From: Myxococcota bacterium
GTDB taxonomy: Bacteria > Myxococcota > JAJVIH01
Assembly: GCA_022072125.1 (NCBI GenBank)
Contig: JAJVIH010000016.1
Coordinates: 29,081-93,080, forward strand
Direction of reading: 5' to 3'
Length of the DNA: 64,000 bases
Shown here piece by piece: positions 1 through 10,006 of this stretch. A program made the translations under genes and the position numbers. The notes beneath the pieces are model-generated. The model was given only the letters and a program-made list of their open reading frames with translations. It was not told where the DNA came from and did no database searches. Within the stretch, counting starts at the first letter, position 1, and each line of letters opens with the position of its first letter.

Positions 1-627
1 ACCCAGGTAGCCAATCTGGATGGGTGATTTTCCGGGCAGCGGCTGGGCGGGCAGACGGGCGGGATCCACGCCTTCCATCATCACCAGCACGTCGCCCGCC
101 TTGCGTCCGCGGGAGAGGACGAATTCCTTCGCGGCCGGCGAGCCGCAAATCACCAGGTCCGCCTGTTCAATGCAGGCTTTTTCCTGGTTGCGCATGCGTT
201 TGATGACCTGCTCCCGGGCCGCCAGGCTGGGGTTGGTGTCCTTGATGTCCCAGGTGGGCAGCGTGTGAAGCTGGAACGCCATGCGGAAGCGGGTGGACGC
301 CTGCTGTTTGAGCGCCACCGCCCCGGAAAAGGGATCGTGACAATGCACGATGGCGTAGTCGCCGCTGGTGATCTGCCGTTCGACGGCGCGGCGGTACATT
401 TCAATATGGTCCAGCAGCCGGGCGCCGCTGACCGGAACGCGGAAGACGCGGGCGCCGTTGATTTTCTGGACGTGCGGAACCTCGCCGATCTTGAGCGAGA
501 CGATGTCCACCTCGAAATCCACGGTCAGGCCGGGCAACAGATCAAGAATCCGCTGGCTGACGCCCGAGGGTCCGGGAATCTGCGCGAATGCGGTGATCAG
601 CAGCCGTGGGTTATCGCTGGACAACAT
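1..627 (-). CDS. Glycosyltransferase family 4 (GT-B) protein, N-terminal part, runs off window edge
   Basis: Manual translation from ATG at 627: MLSSDNPRLLITAFAQIPGPSGVSQRIL...YAIVHCHDPFSG...EQADLVICGS...MEGVDP...IQIGYLG. This is a typical GT4 N-terminal domain and linker, with no stop before base 1. Not in the ORF track. Confidence 0.75.
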   Translation of the reverse strand, partial: MLSSDNPRLLITAFAQIPGPSGVSQRILDLLPGLTVDFEVDIVSLKIGEVPHVQKINGARVFRVPVSGARLLDHIEMYRRAVERQITSGDYAIVHCHDPFSGAVALKQQASTRFRMAFQLHTLPTWDIKDTNPSLAAREQVIKRMRNQEKACIEQADLVICGSPAAKEFVLSRGRKAGDVLVMMEGVDPARLPAQPLPGKSPIQIGYLG

Positions 628-907
628 CTCTGGGAATGGCTCCCGGTGAAAGACAATCCGGGGACAACATGTCACAAGATCGCGGGAGCGGCGTCCGCCA
701 ACTGGCCTTCGCCTGTCTGGCTTGTAACGTGAACGTCACGGGGGGTCAATTGCATGGAGGAAGCAGCGGCAAGGGGAAAACAGACGCGGCGGCGGGACGA
801 TTCCCATGTCCATGAAAGATCGCGGCGCTGCTTTCGCCATCTCCGGTCTTCACGCGCTCCTCCCCGCGGCCAAAACCGGGATGCGGCGGGTTTATCGCAC
901 CCGCCCG

Positions 908-936
908 TTGACTTCATTGCGCCGGTCCGATAGGAA
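908..936 (+). promoter_or_regulatory. Putative sigma70 promoter of tRNA-Gly
   Basis: TTGACT-17 nt-TAGGAA, 27 nt upstream of the tRNA. Confidence 0.4.
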
Positions 937-962
937 AATTCAGCTCCGTATTCATGAAACGG

Positions 963-1037
<75 letters not shown>

Positions 1038-1102
1038 CTTTCTTTCCTGGCGCGCATGCATGGGGGATCGCGCGCCATCCTTGGTCCCCAGGAGACTTTT
1101 CC

Positions 1103-1696
1103 ATGCCATTCCGCACCTCCCTTCCCGCGTTTGTGATCTTCGCCTGCGCTCCGTTTGTCATCGCGGGATGCGGCGCCAAAACTCCTGATGCGGCGGCGCC
1201 CGCGGCGCAAGCCGCCCCGTCCATTGACGAACGGCTGGTGTCCACGCCTTATGTGGACCGCGCCCGCGGCTTCAGCATTCATGCTCCCGCGGGGTGGCAG
1301 GTGGAAGACGGGGCTTCCCTCGGCGTGCATGTGGTGATGAAGGCGCGCGAACAGATCCTGTCCTCGTACGGGCCTTTCCTGCCCAACATGAACGTGGTGT
1401 CGGAACCGGTGCGGGGAATGGGGCTGGACAAATTCGTGGATTATTCGCTGGTCAACCTGAAAAAGGGATTCACCGGCTTCAAGATTGTGAACGAGCGCTA
1501 CATACAAACCCAAACGCACAAAGGCCGTCTGCTGGAAGCGGAATTTGAGTCCAACGGTTATAAGCTGCAACTCATCCAGCTTTTCGTGGTTCACAAGGGA
1601 ACCGGATTCGTGGTCACCGGCACCGTGCCGGTGGACAACTGGCTGCAGTTCGAATCGCTCTTCGAGGCCACCATGGCCTCCTTCTCCGCCCTCTGA
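1103..1696 (+). CDS. Lipoprotein, PsbP/DcrB-like fold
   Basis: AGGAGA RBS, then ATG 1103; lipobox IAGC; pattern GFSIHAPAGW...PNMNVVSE...GFVVTGT...FEATMASF typical of PsbP-like proteins. Confidence 0.7.
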   Translation: MPFRTSLPAFVIFACAPFVIAGCGAKTPDAAAPAAQAAPSIDERLVSTPYVDRARGFSIHAPAGWQVEDGASLGVHVVMKAREQILSSYGPFLPNMNVVSEPVRGMGLDKFVDYSLVNLKKGFTGFKIVNERYIQTQTHKGRLLEAEFESNGYKLQLIQLFVVHKGTGFVVTGTVPVDNWLQFESLFEATMASFSAL

Positions 1697-2179
1697 TCAA
1701 AGATGGTTCTTCCACGAATCCCATGGATGGCTTCACTTTGACTGAATCCAGCCATCCCGCCGCGCATTGACCGCGTTTTCCGGCCGCAACATGGTCCGGC
1801 GATCCTGAAAATTCTCATTGGGACGCCCCGTGAGATATTCGTAAAGCGATCACATTCACCAGCGCCATGGATTCTGAATCTCCCTGATGCTCTTCGCCCG
1901 CCAGGGCTCCAATCCCGCCCCCCTACCGGACCGGATGGCCCGCAAATGATTCCGGCGCCCCCAGTGGCGCGGCTTGATCGCAAGCAACCTCTTTCCATGA
2001 AATGGTGGAACGAACGCCCCCGGTGGAAACCACGCTGCTTCTTCCGGTGATACAGCATCATTTCCTGAATCATGGTTTGGGCTGGAGGGCTTGATGCGGC
2101 CAGGGCGGACCATTCAGGAAGGAATCACCTGTGCATGACCATTGGAAAGAAGCGCGGTCCGGAGATCAGGGGGAGGATG

Positions 2180-2348
2180 ATATATATATACAGCAGGAGT
2201 CTTAGCGCCTGTGGATATGTGGAAAAGAAAAGCGGAGCCTTGAGGGATAAGGCTCCGCGTCATCGCCGTCACCGTGGAAAAACCGGAGAGAGAGGGCTTC
2301 TTCTTCAGGAGGATATTTTTCCACAGTCCGGCAATTCACATATCCACA
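2180..2348. other. DnaA-box cluster with unwinding element; candidate oriC
   Basis: Boxes TGTGGATAT (2210-2218), TGTGGAAAA (2218-2226), CGTGGAAAA (2273-2281), TTTTCCACA (2317-2325), ATATCCACA (2340-2348); adjacent GC cluster, trio-like triplets and ATATATATATA (2180-2190). Confidence 0.65.
2223..2258 (-). terminator. Intrinsic terminator downstream of the 63-aa ORF
   Basis: Perfect 10-bp stem GCGGAGCCTT/AAGGCTCCGC (2232-2258) followed on the minus strand by TTTTCTTTT. Confidence 0.7.
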
Positions 2349-2349
2349 A

Positions 2350-2541
2350 TCATGCGTGGACAGTCCGCACGTAACGGGCGCGCCGTTGCAGGGTGCTGGA
2401 GAGCGAGGCGTTGGCGAGGGCCAGGGCTTCGCGTTCATTGCCCGCCAGTTTGCCTGCTTCGTCCATGATGCGCTCGGCCAGTTCGAAGATGGTCAGGGTG
2501 ATGGTCTTCTTTTCCGGGGTGCTGGAAGCGGTGTTTTTCAT
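2350..2541 (-). CDS. Small hypothetical protein (63 aa)
   Basis: GGAG RBS ~7 nt before ATG; helical, protein-like sequence (TITLTIFELAERIMDEAGKLAGNEREALALANASL); flanked by a sigma54 promoter and a terminator. Confidence 0.7.
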   Translation of the reverse strand: MKNTASSTPEKKTITLTIFELAERIMDEAGKLAGNEREALALANASLSSTLQRRARYVRTVHA

Positions 2542-2576
2542 CTGTTTGCTCCATCGGAGGTTGTTGGTGAAACCAA

Positions 2577-2592
2577 AGCAAAAGCCATGCCA
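2577..2592 (-). promoter_or_regulatory. Sigma54 (-24/-12) promoter
   Basis: Minus strand TGGCATGGCTTTTGCT versus consensus TGGCACGRNNNTTGCW (one mismatch, correct spacing); IHF-like TATCAACCGGTTC at 2612-2624; inverted repeat at 2687-2720. Confidence 0.75.
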
Positions 2593-3122
2593 GGTTCCGG
2601 TTCGCGCGGATTATCAACCGGTTCGTTGGGAGAATGGGACAAAAAAACAGGTTGTATTTCAACGGGTTGTGATGGATCGCCTGATTGTCATCCCGGTGAA
2701 ATCCGGGAGCACCGGATGACGGGAAATCCGGCGCCATGTGGATGAATGGACACATTCAGGGTGTGAGGAAACACAAGGCTGTTGTTTCGCGGCCACGGAA
2801 GCAGGAAAAGATCCAGGGCTGGCGCGCGCCAGCGATTGACGAAGAAAGAAGGGGATATTGGTATGGTCGCGATGATAAACGTCGGCCCGTGGCGTTTCCA
2901 CCACGGGCCTAGGAGGCCTGATCGCTCCATGCCAGCGGGTTGGCAACCGCAGGCCCGATCGGGACAAGGCCGCGCTCCTGCGATTAACAGTAGTATGCAG
3001 GCTATCGCCGGTGGATGCAAATCCGGCTTCTTCGTCGCGCCGCTATTCGTAGCGTATCTCGCTGCCTGGGCGTACGGGCTCGATGTAGCGGGGCGCGGTG
3101 GCCGATCCGGCGGGAGCGGAGG

Positions 3123-4613
3123 TCAATCCATCCGTTTTTCGGAGTGTTCACGGCCATTGAAGGTCAGCAGCACGCCGTGTTCCTCGGTGCGGGAATGCAG
3201 GTTCACCGGACGGCGCCAGATCTGGAAGATGTTGCGCAGGGTGTCGCGGGCGTAACCGGGATCCAGGTCCACGCCTTCCCATTTGTGATTGAGCAGAAGT
3301 TCGCCGCGGTTCTCGAAGTTGGCGTCTTCGACGAAAATGAAGGGGCGGCCCGCGTTGGTGAGTTGCTGGAGCAACCGCTGTTTGACCTGTTTGAACTCGC
3401 GCGACTCGATCTCCCAGCGCGAGCGATCATTGTTGAAGGAAAAGCTGAACAGCTTCTGTTCGCGGGCGAAATCCTCGGTCAGGAATTCGTCAATGAAGGT
3501 GATGTCATTGTGGATTTTCCGCACCTCGAAAATTTTCTTCCGTCCCAGGCCGAGTTTTTTGTCCCAGTTCTGGCGCGCCACGTAGTCATCGCAATCCAGC
3601 CATTCCTTGCCGAACTGGCCGCGGTCCCACCGTTCCTCGATATGCCGGAACAGTTCGATGCCCAGCTTGTAGGGATTGAGCCTCCCCCCCGCCGTGCTCA
3701 TGGTGCCGGCATGCGTGCAGGCGTAATCTATGACCTCCGCGTCCCGGAGAATCTTCGTGGTCATGAGTTTGGAGTGCCAGTATGAAGCCCAGCCCTCGTT
3801 CATGATCTTGGTCATCATCTGCGGCAGGAAATAATAGGCTTCTTCGCGGATGATGGAGAGCACATCCTGCTGCCAGGATTCCAGCGGGGCGTTTTCCATC
3901 AGGAAGAGCATGACATCGCGCTCCGGCTGGGCGGGAAATTTCCGCGGCTTGCCCTGTTCGGCCTCGCGCTTCTTCCGCTGTTCTTCAAGAAATTCCGGCG
4001 GATTGATGTAGTCGTTCATGTATTTGCGGGAAGACGGCAGCTTGTATTCCTCGCGCGGGGTCTCCGGCTCCGCATCGCGCGGGGGTTCCGCGCTGGCGGA
4101 AACCCGGTGCGGGGCCTGGGGATCAATCAGGTCTTCAATGCTCAGGCAGATGTCGAGGAAGTTTTCCACCGCCTCGATGCCATGGCGATCGATATACCGG
4201 CGGACGCGGGCGGCGTGATTGCCCATTTCATCGAGCATCTTGCGGTTGGTTTGGGCGAAGCAATAATTGTTCTTGAAGAAATCGCAGTGGCCGTACACAT
4301 GGGCCATCACCAGCTTCTGATCCACCATGGGGTTGGATTCCAGCAGGTAGGCATAGCAGGGGTCGCTGTTGATGACCATCTCGTAAATTTTGGACAGGCC
4401 GTAGCGGTAACTCTTCGACAGGTGCTCGTATTCCATGCCGAAGCGCCAGTGCGGATAGCGGTTGGGGAATCCGCCGTAGGCCGCGACCATGTTCATTTCC
4501 TGGAAGTCCAGCACTTCAAACACCGTTTCGAAGCAGTCGAGCCCCGCCTCCTTGGCGTGGCGTTCGATGATGGTCTGGGCCTCGGCGAGTTCAGGCGTGA
4601 GCTTTTTCGGCAT
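3123..4613 (-). CDS. spoVR: SpoVR family protein
   Basis: GFPNRYPHWRFGMEY, IYEMVINSDPCYAYL, HVYGHCDFFKNN, TKIMNEGWASYWH, NPYKLG motifs; start taken at MPKK (4613). Confidence 0.92.
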   Translation of the reverse strand: MPKKLTPELAEAQTIIERHAKEAGLDCFETVFEVLDFQEMNMVAAYGGFPNRYPHWRFGMEYEHLSKSYRYGLSKIYEMVINSDPCYAYLLESNPMVDQKLVMAHVYGHCDFFKNNYCFAQTNRKMLDEMGNHAARVRRYIDRHGIEAVENFLDICLSIEDLIDPQAPHRVSASAEPPRDAEPETPREEYKLPSSRKYMNDYINPPEFLEEQRKKREAEQGKPRKFPAQPERDVMLFLMENAPLESWQQDVLSIIREEAYYFLPQMMTKIMNEGWASYWHSKLMTTKILRDAEVIDYACTHAGTMSTAGGRLNPYKLGIELFRHIEERWDRGQFGKEWLDCDDYVARQNWDKKLGLGRKKIFEVRKIHNDITFIDEFLTEDFAREQKLFSFSFNNDRSRWEIESREFKQVKQRLLQQLTNAGRPFIFVEDANFENRGELLLNHKWEGVDLDPGYARDTLRNIFQIWRRPVNLHSRTEEHGVLLTFNGREHSEKRMD

Positions 4614-4807
4614 GGCGCTCCGGGATTGCATGAAGCCGCGGCGGCATGGCCGCGGCGTTGCGGGATTGTAGGCGTCCCCCGCCGCCGGGAGCAAGCGGAA
4701 CCCGCCCCGGACCGCTTCCCGGGCCTTGAGACCCATGGGCAGTCCGGCTACGCTGCGGCGCGCGTACGCGCGGTTTTCCCCCGGTGTCGCGATCAGGCCT
4801 TCCAGTC

Positions 4808-5689
4808 ATGCTCCAGAAAGAACTGCTGCGGAAAATCCGGCGGATTGAAATCGTCACCAACCGGGCGGCCGACGAGTCCCTGGCCGGGCGGTATCATTCC
4901 GTCTTCAAGGGCCGCGGCATGGAATTCGCCGAGGTGCGTCCCTACCAGCCTGGCGATGACATCCGCTTCATTGACTGGAACGTCTCGGCGCGCATGAACG
5001 AACTCTTCGTGAAGGTCTTCCACGAAGAGCGGCAACTGACCATCATGCTGCTGGTGGACGTGTCCGCCTCGGGAAGGTTTGGCACACGCTCCCACTTCAA
5101 ATCCGGACTGGCGGCGCAGATCACCGGGCTGCTGGCGTTTTCCGCCATCAAGAACAACGACAGGGTCGGCCTGCTGCTGTTCAGCAACCGGGTCGAGCAA
5201 TACGCGCCGCCGAAGAAGGGGCGCAAGCATATTTTGCGCCTGATCTCGCTGATCTTCTCGCACCAGCCGGAGCACGCGGGCACCAACATCACCCAGGCGC
5301 TGGATTACCTGAACCGGGTGCAGCACCGCCGCGCCATCGTCTTTCTGATCAGCGACTTCCAGGAAGGCGGCTACGCGCGCCGGCTGGGAGCGGTGGCGCA
5401 CCGGCACGATTTGATCCCGGTGGTCATCCGCGACCCGATGGAGAGCCGCATCCCCCCGGCGGGAGTGGTTTGTTTCGCCGACGCCGAAACGGGCGCCCTG
5501 ACCTGGCTGGATACCTCCAGCCGGCGCGGCCGGGCGCTGTTTGAAAAACGGGTGGCAGAGGAAGATCTCCTGCGCCGCCAGCTTTTCAAGCAGCTTGGGC
5601 TCGACAGCATTCATCTGGAGACCCACCGGGACCCCGCGCCGCCGCTGGTCGAGTTTTTCCAGAAAAGGGCCAAACGCCTTGCTCCGTAG
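4808..5689 (+). CDS. DUF58 domain protein (MoxR-associated)
   Basis: GRYHSVFKGRGMEFAEVRPYQPGDDIRFIDWNVSAR, DVSAS, NNDRVGL and ISDF motifs. Confidence 0.92.
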   Translation: MLQKELLRKIRRIEIVTNRAADESLAGRYHSVFKGRGMEFAEVRPYQPGDDIRFIDWNVSARMNELFVKVFHEERQLTIMLLVDVSASGRFGTRSHFKSGLAAQITGLLAFSAIKNNDRVGLLLFSNRVEQYAPPKKGRKHILRLISLIFSHQPEHAGTNITQALDYLNRVQHRRAIVFLISDFQEGGYARRLGAVAHRHDLIPVVIRDPMESRIPPAGVVCFADAETGALTWLDTSSRRGRALFEKRVAEEDLLRRQLFKQLGLDSIHLETHRDPAPPLVEFFQKRAKRLAP

Positions 5690-5696
5690 CTGGTTC

Positions 5697-6794
5697 ATGG
5701 CGCTGGATTTCCGGATGCTGTCGCGGGCGGCGGCGATGGTCTGCTGCCTGTGGGCGGGGTGGACGCCGGCGTCCGCCCGGGCGCAATCCGCCGCCAGCCC
5801 GGGTGTATCCGCCGCGCCCGCCACGGGGGCGAACCTCCACCTGCCGCTGTCCCATTTCGTTCAGGAAGGCCAGTACCAGTTGACCGCCACGCTGGCGCGT
5901 CAGGAGGCGGAGCTGGAAGACCCGGTTGGATTCGAGGTGCTGATCACCCACCCCAGGGGCGTGGTGTTGCGGCTGGCGGACAACCAGAAAATGCCCGAAG
6001 GCCTGCGCATGCGGACCGGCGAGGGCGGGCCGGTGGAAGCCAGCAATGGAACCCAGCACCGGTTCCAGATGGAGTTCTCCCTCACGGACGTGGCGGACGC
6101 CACGATTCCCCCGGTTGAATTCGTGGATGGCGGCGGTCAGGTGGTCATCCGCACGAACGAAACGCCGCTGCGTTTCCGGCCCACGCTGCCGCCGGATCAG
6201 GACCCGGCCGCCATCGAGGCGCAACCCGTCACGGAAATGGAAAGCATTCCGCGCAGGGATTTCCGGCGGTTGTACTGGCTGTTGGGAAGCCTGGGCGCGC
6301 TGCTGCTGGCGGGGCTGATCCTGTGGCGGGCGCGCAACCGCAAACCGGCGCCCGCGCCGGCGCCCCCGCCGATCCGGCCTCCGCATGAGGTGGCGATGGA
6401 GCGGCTGGAGGCGATCATGCGCAAGCGCCACCTCGCGGCGGGCCGCGTGAAGGAACATTATTTCGAGGTGACGGAGGTGCTGCGCGAATATCTGGGCCGC
6501 CGCTACGGTTTCTATTCCATGGACATGACCACCGGCGAACTGTTGCGGGAACTCCAGTTGAAGCGCACCCACGCCCTTGATCTGGTGGCGCTGGAAAAAT
6601 TTCTCCACCACGCCGATCTGGTGAAGTTCAGCACCTACCAGCCCACGCCCGGAGAGTCCGGAAGCGTGCTCGACGCCGCATTTCATTTTGTCGAGGCCAC
6701 CGCGCAGCGCGCGCAGCCGCCCGCCGCCGCGTCATCCGCCGCCCGCGCCATCGCGGCGGCGGAAAGCGGCGGGGAGAAGGACGCCGCGCCATGA
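5697..6794 (+). CDS. Bat-operon membrane protein (BatD-like N-terminus, TM, conserved helical C-terminus)
   Basis: Signal peptide, single TM (LYWLLGSLGALLLAGLILW), PPHEVAMERL...LREYLGRRYG...MTTGEL...ADLVKF; lies between DUF58 and VWA genes. Confidence 0.7.
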   Translation: MALDFRMLSRAAAMVCCLWAGWTPASARAQSAASPGVSAAPATGANLHLPLSHFVQEGQYQLTATLARQEAELEDPVGFEVLITHPRGVVLRLADNQKMPEGLRMRTGEGGPVEASNGTQHRFQMEFSLTDVADATIPPVEFVDGGGQVVIRTNETPLRFRPTLPPDQDPAAIEAQPVTEMESIPRRDFRRLYWLLGSLGALLLAGLILWRARNRKPAPAPAPPPIRPPHEVAMERLEAIMRKRHLAAGRVKEHYFEVTEVLREYLGRRYGFYSMDMTTGELLRELQLKRTHALDLVALEKFLHHADLVKFSTYQPTPGESGSVLDAAFHFVEATAQRAQPPAAASSAARAIAAAESGGEKDAAP

Positions 6795-7792
6795 ACGGGA
6801 GTTTTTCATTCGGCGCGCCATGGGCCCTTCTGGCCTTCGTCTTGTTCCCGTTCTTCCTGTGGCGGCTGGCGCGCGTCAAATGGCGGAATCCCCCCGCCAT
6901 GACCTATTCGCATACCGGCCCCTTGCGCGGGCTTTCCAGCGGGCCGCGTTCCTCCGCCGTCTATCTGCCCGATATCATCCGCCTGCTTGGACTGGCGGCG
7001 TTCGTGATCGCGCTGGCGCGCCCGCAGATCATCACGCAGCGACCGCCGGAGGAGACGGAAGGCATTGATATTGTCATCACGCTGGATATCTCCCGCTCCA
7101 TGCTGGCTGCGGACTTCCAGCCCAGCCGCCTGCACGTGGCCAAGCAGGTGATCCGCGAGCATCTGATCGAGCGATCCACGGATCGCATGGGCCTGGTGGT
7201 GTTCGCGGGCGAGGCCATGACCCAGTGTCCGCTCACGCTCAATCACCGCATCCTGAGTTTCATCCTGGAAACCGTGGCCGTGGAGGAGCGGCCGACCGGC
7301 ACGGCGATAGGCAACGCCATCGGGGTGAGCCTGAACCGCCTGCGCGACTCGAAGGCGAAGAGCCGGGTGATCATCCTGCTGACCGACGGCGATTCCAACT
7401 CGGGCAATATCGCTCCGGAAGACGCGATGGCGATGGCGAAGAACATGGGCGTTCGCATCTACACCATCCAAGTGGGATCGGGGGGGCTGGTGCCCGTGCC
7501 GGTGACCACGGGCCCCTTCGTGGATTTTCAGCAGGCGTTTCTGCCGGTGAATCCCGAGCTATTGAAGAAGATCGCCAGCGAAACCGGCGGCGCCTATTTC
7601 GTGGCGGACAACGGCGAGGCGCTGAAAAACAACCTCAACCAGATTCTGTCCGAACTGCAGAAATCCAAAATCCAGGATACCGGCATGCTGGAAGACCGCG
7701 AGGAGTTTTACCAGTGGCCGCTGGGTGCGGGTTTCGCCCTGGTGTTGCTGGACATCCTGTTGATGTTCACCTTGTTCCGCCGCTTCCCGTGA
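6791..7792 (+). CDS. BatA-like VWA domain membrane protein
   Basis: N-terminal FGAPWALL, LARPQ, MIDAS DISRSM, GTAIG, LLTDG, IASETGGAYF, C-terminal TM; overlaps upstream stop (ATGA). Confidence 0.9.
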   Translation: MNGSFSFGAPWALLAFVLFPFFLWRLARVKWRNPPAMTYSHTGPLRGLSSGPRSSAVYLPDIIRLLGLAAFVIALARPQIITQRPPEETEGIDIVITLDISRSMLAADFQPSRLHVAKQVIREHLIERSTDRMGLVVFAGEAMTQCPLTLNHRILSFILETVAVEERPTGTAIGNAIGVSLNRLRDSKAKSRVIILLTDGDSNSGNIAPEDAMAMAKNMGVRIYTIQVGSGGLVPVPVTTGPFVDFQQAFLPVNPELLKKIASETGGAYFVADNGEALKNNLNQILSELQKSKIQDTGMLEDREEFYQWPLGAGFALVLLDILLMFTLFRRFP

Positions 7793-7968
7793 ACGGCGGT
7801 TTCGCGGGCCGGCCCGGCGCGCGCCAACCAAGCGGTTTTTCCTGTGAAATCCCGCGGCGATCCGGCGGAGCATCCCCCCCCGGTTTTCCCTTCCCCGGGC
7901 GTGACCTGGAGGATGCTTGCCCGGAACGGCGGAGGGAATTATCCTGCCGGGCCTGAGGTTGAAGACCC

Positions 7969-9103
<1,135 letters not shown>

Positions 9104-9120
<17 letters not shown>

Positions 9121-10006
9121 ACCGGCCCCGCCGGCGCCTGTCGTGGCGATCATCGGCGGCAGCGGCCACCAGCATTTCGCCGGTCTCCAGACCGGGGAGG
9201 AAATCCGCCTCGACACGCCGTTTGGCGCACCTTCCGCTCCCATTGTCCGCGGCGCGCTGGATGGCCAGACGGTTTATTTCCTGCCCCGGCACGGCGCGGG
9301 CCACCACCTGATCCCCTCCGATGTGCCCTACCGCGCCAATGTGTGGGCGCTCAAGAAACTGGGCGTCAACTGGGCGATTTCCATTTCCGCCGTGGGTTCG
9401 CTGGCCGAGCATATCGCTCCGGGCGACGTGGTGATTCCCGATCAGTTGATTGACCGCACCTTCCGCCGCGTCCCCACGTTTTTTGGCGATGGCGTGGCGG
9501 CGCATATCCAATTCTCGAAGCCCTGTTGCCCGGTGCTGGCGGCCGTGCTGGCTCAGGCGGCGCGGCAGGAACTGGCCCGCGAACCCGGCGCGGTTCATGC
9601 GGGCGGAACCTATGTTTGCATCGAAGGTCCGGCGCTGAGCACCCGGGCGGAATCGGAATTGTACCGGTCGTGGGGCGCGCGGGTGATCGGCATGACCGCC
9701 CTGCCAGAAGCAAAACTGTTCCGCGAGGCGGAGATCGCCTGGGCGCAACTGGCGCTCTGCACCGATTACGACTGCTGGCGCGAGGGAGCCGCGGAGGTTT
9801 CCGTCGAAACCGTGCTGGCGGTCCTGCGCGCCAATGTGGCCAAGGCCCAGCGCACGGCCCGCGCGGCGGTTCCACTGCTGGCCCGGGCGCCCCGCTCCCT
9901 GGCGCATGACGCCCTGGGGTTCGCCCTGATCACCCGCCCGGAACACATGAGCGCGGAAACCCGCCAACGCCTGGAACCGCTCCTCGCACGATACATGGCC
10001 GGATGA
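9104..10006 (+). CDS. mtnP: S-methyl-5'-thioadenosine phosphorylase
   Basis: IIGGSG, TPFGAPS, LPRHG..H..PSDVPYRAN, EGP, GMTALPE, TDYDCW. Confidence 0.92.

Noticed and set aside
2800-3030. SAM-I riboswitch (GGCAACC and TGCAAATCC fragments)
   Set aside because: P1/P2 consensus (ATCxAGAG...GAGGGA...GGCCC...GAA) is not in the right order, and no co-oriented gene lies downstream.
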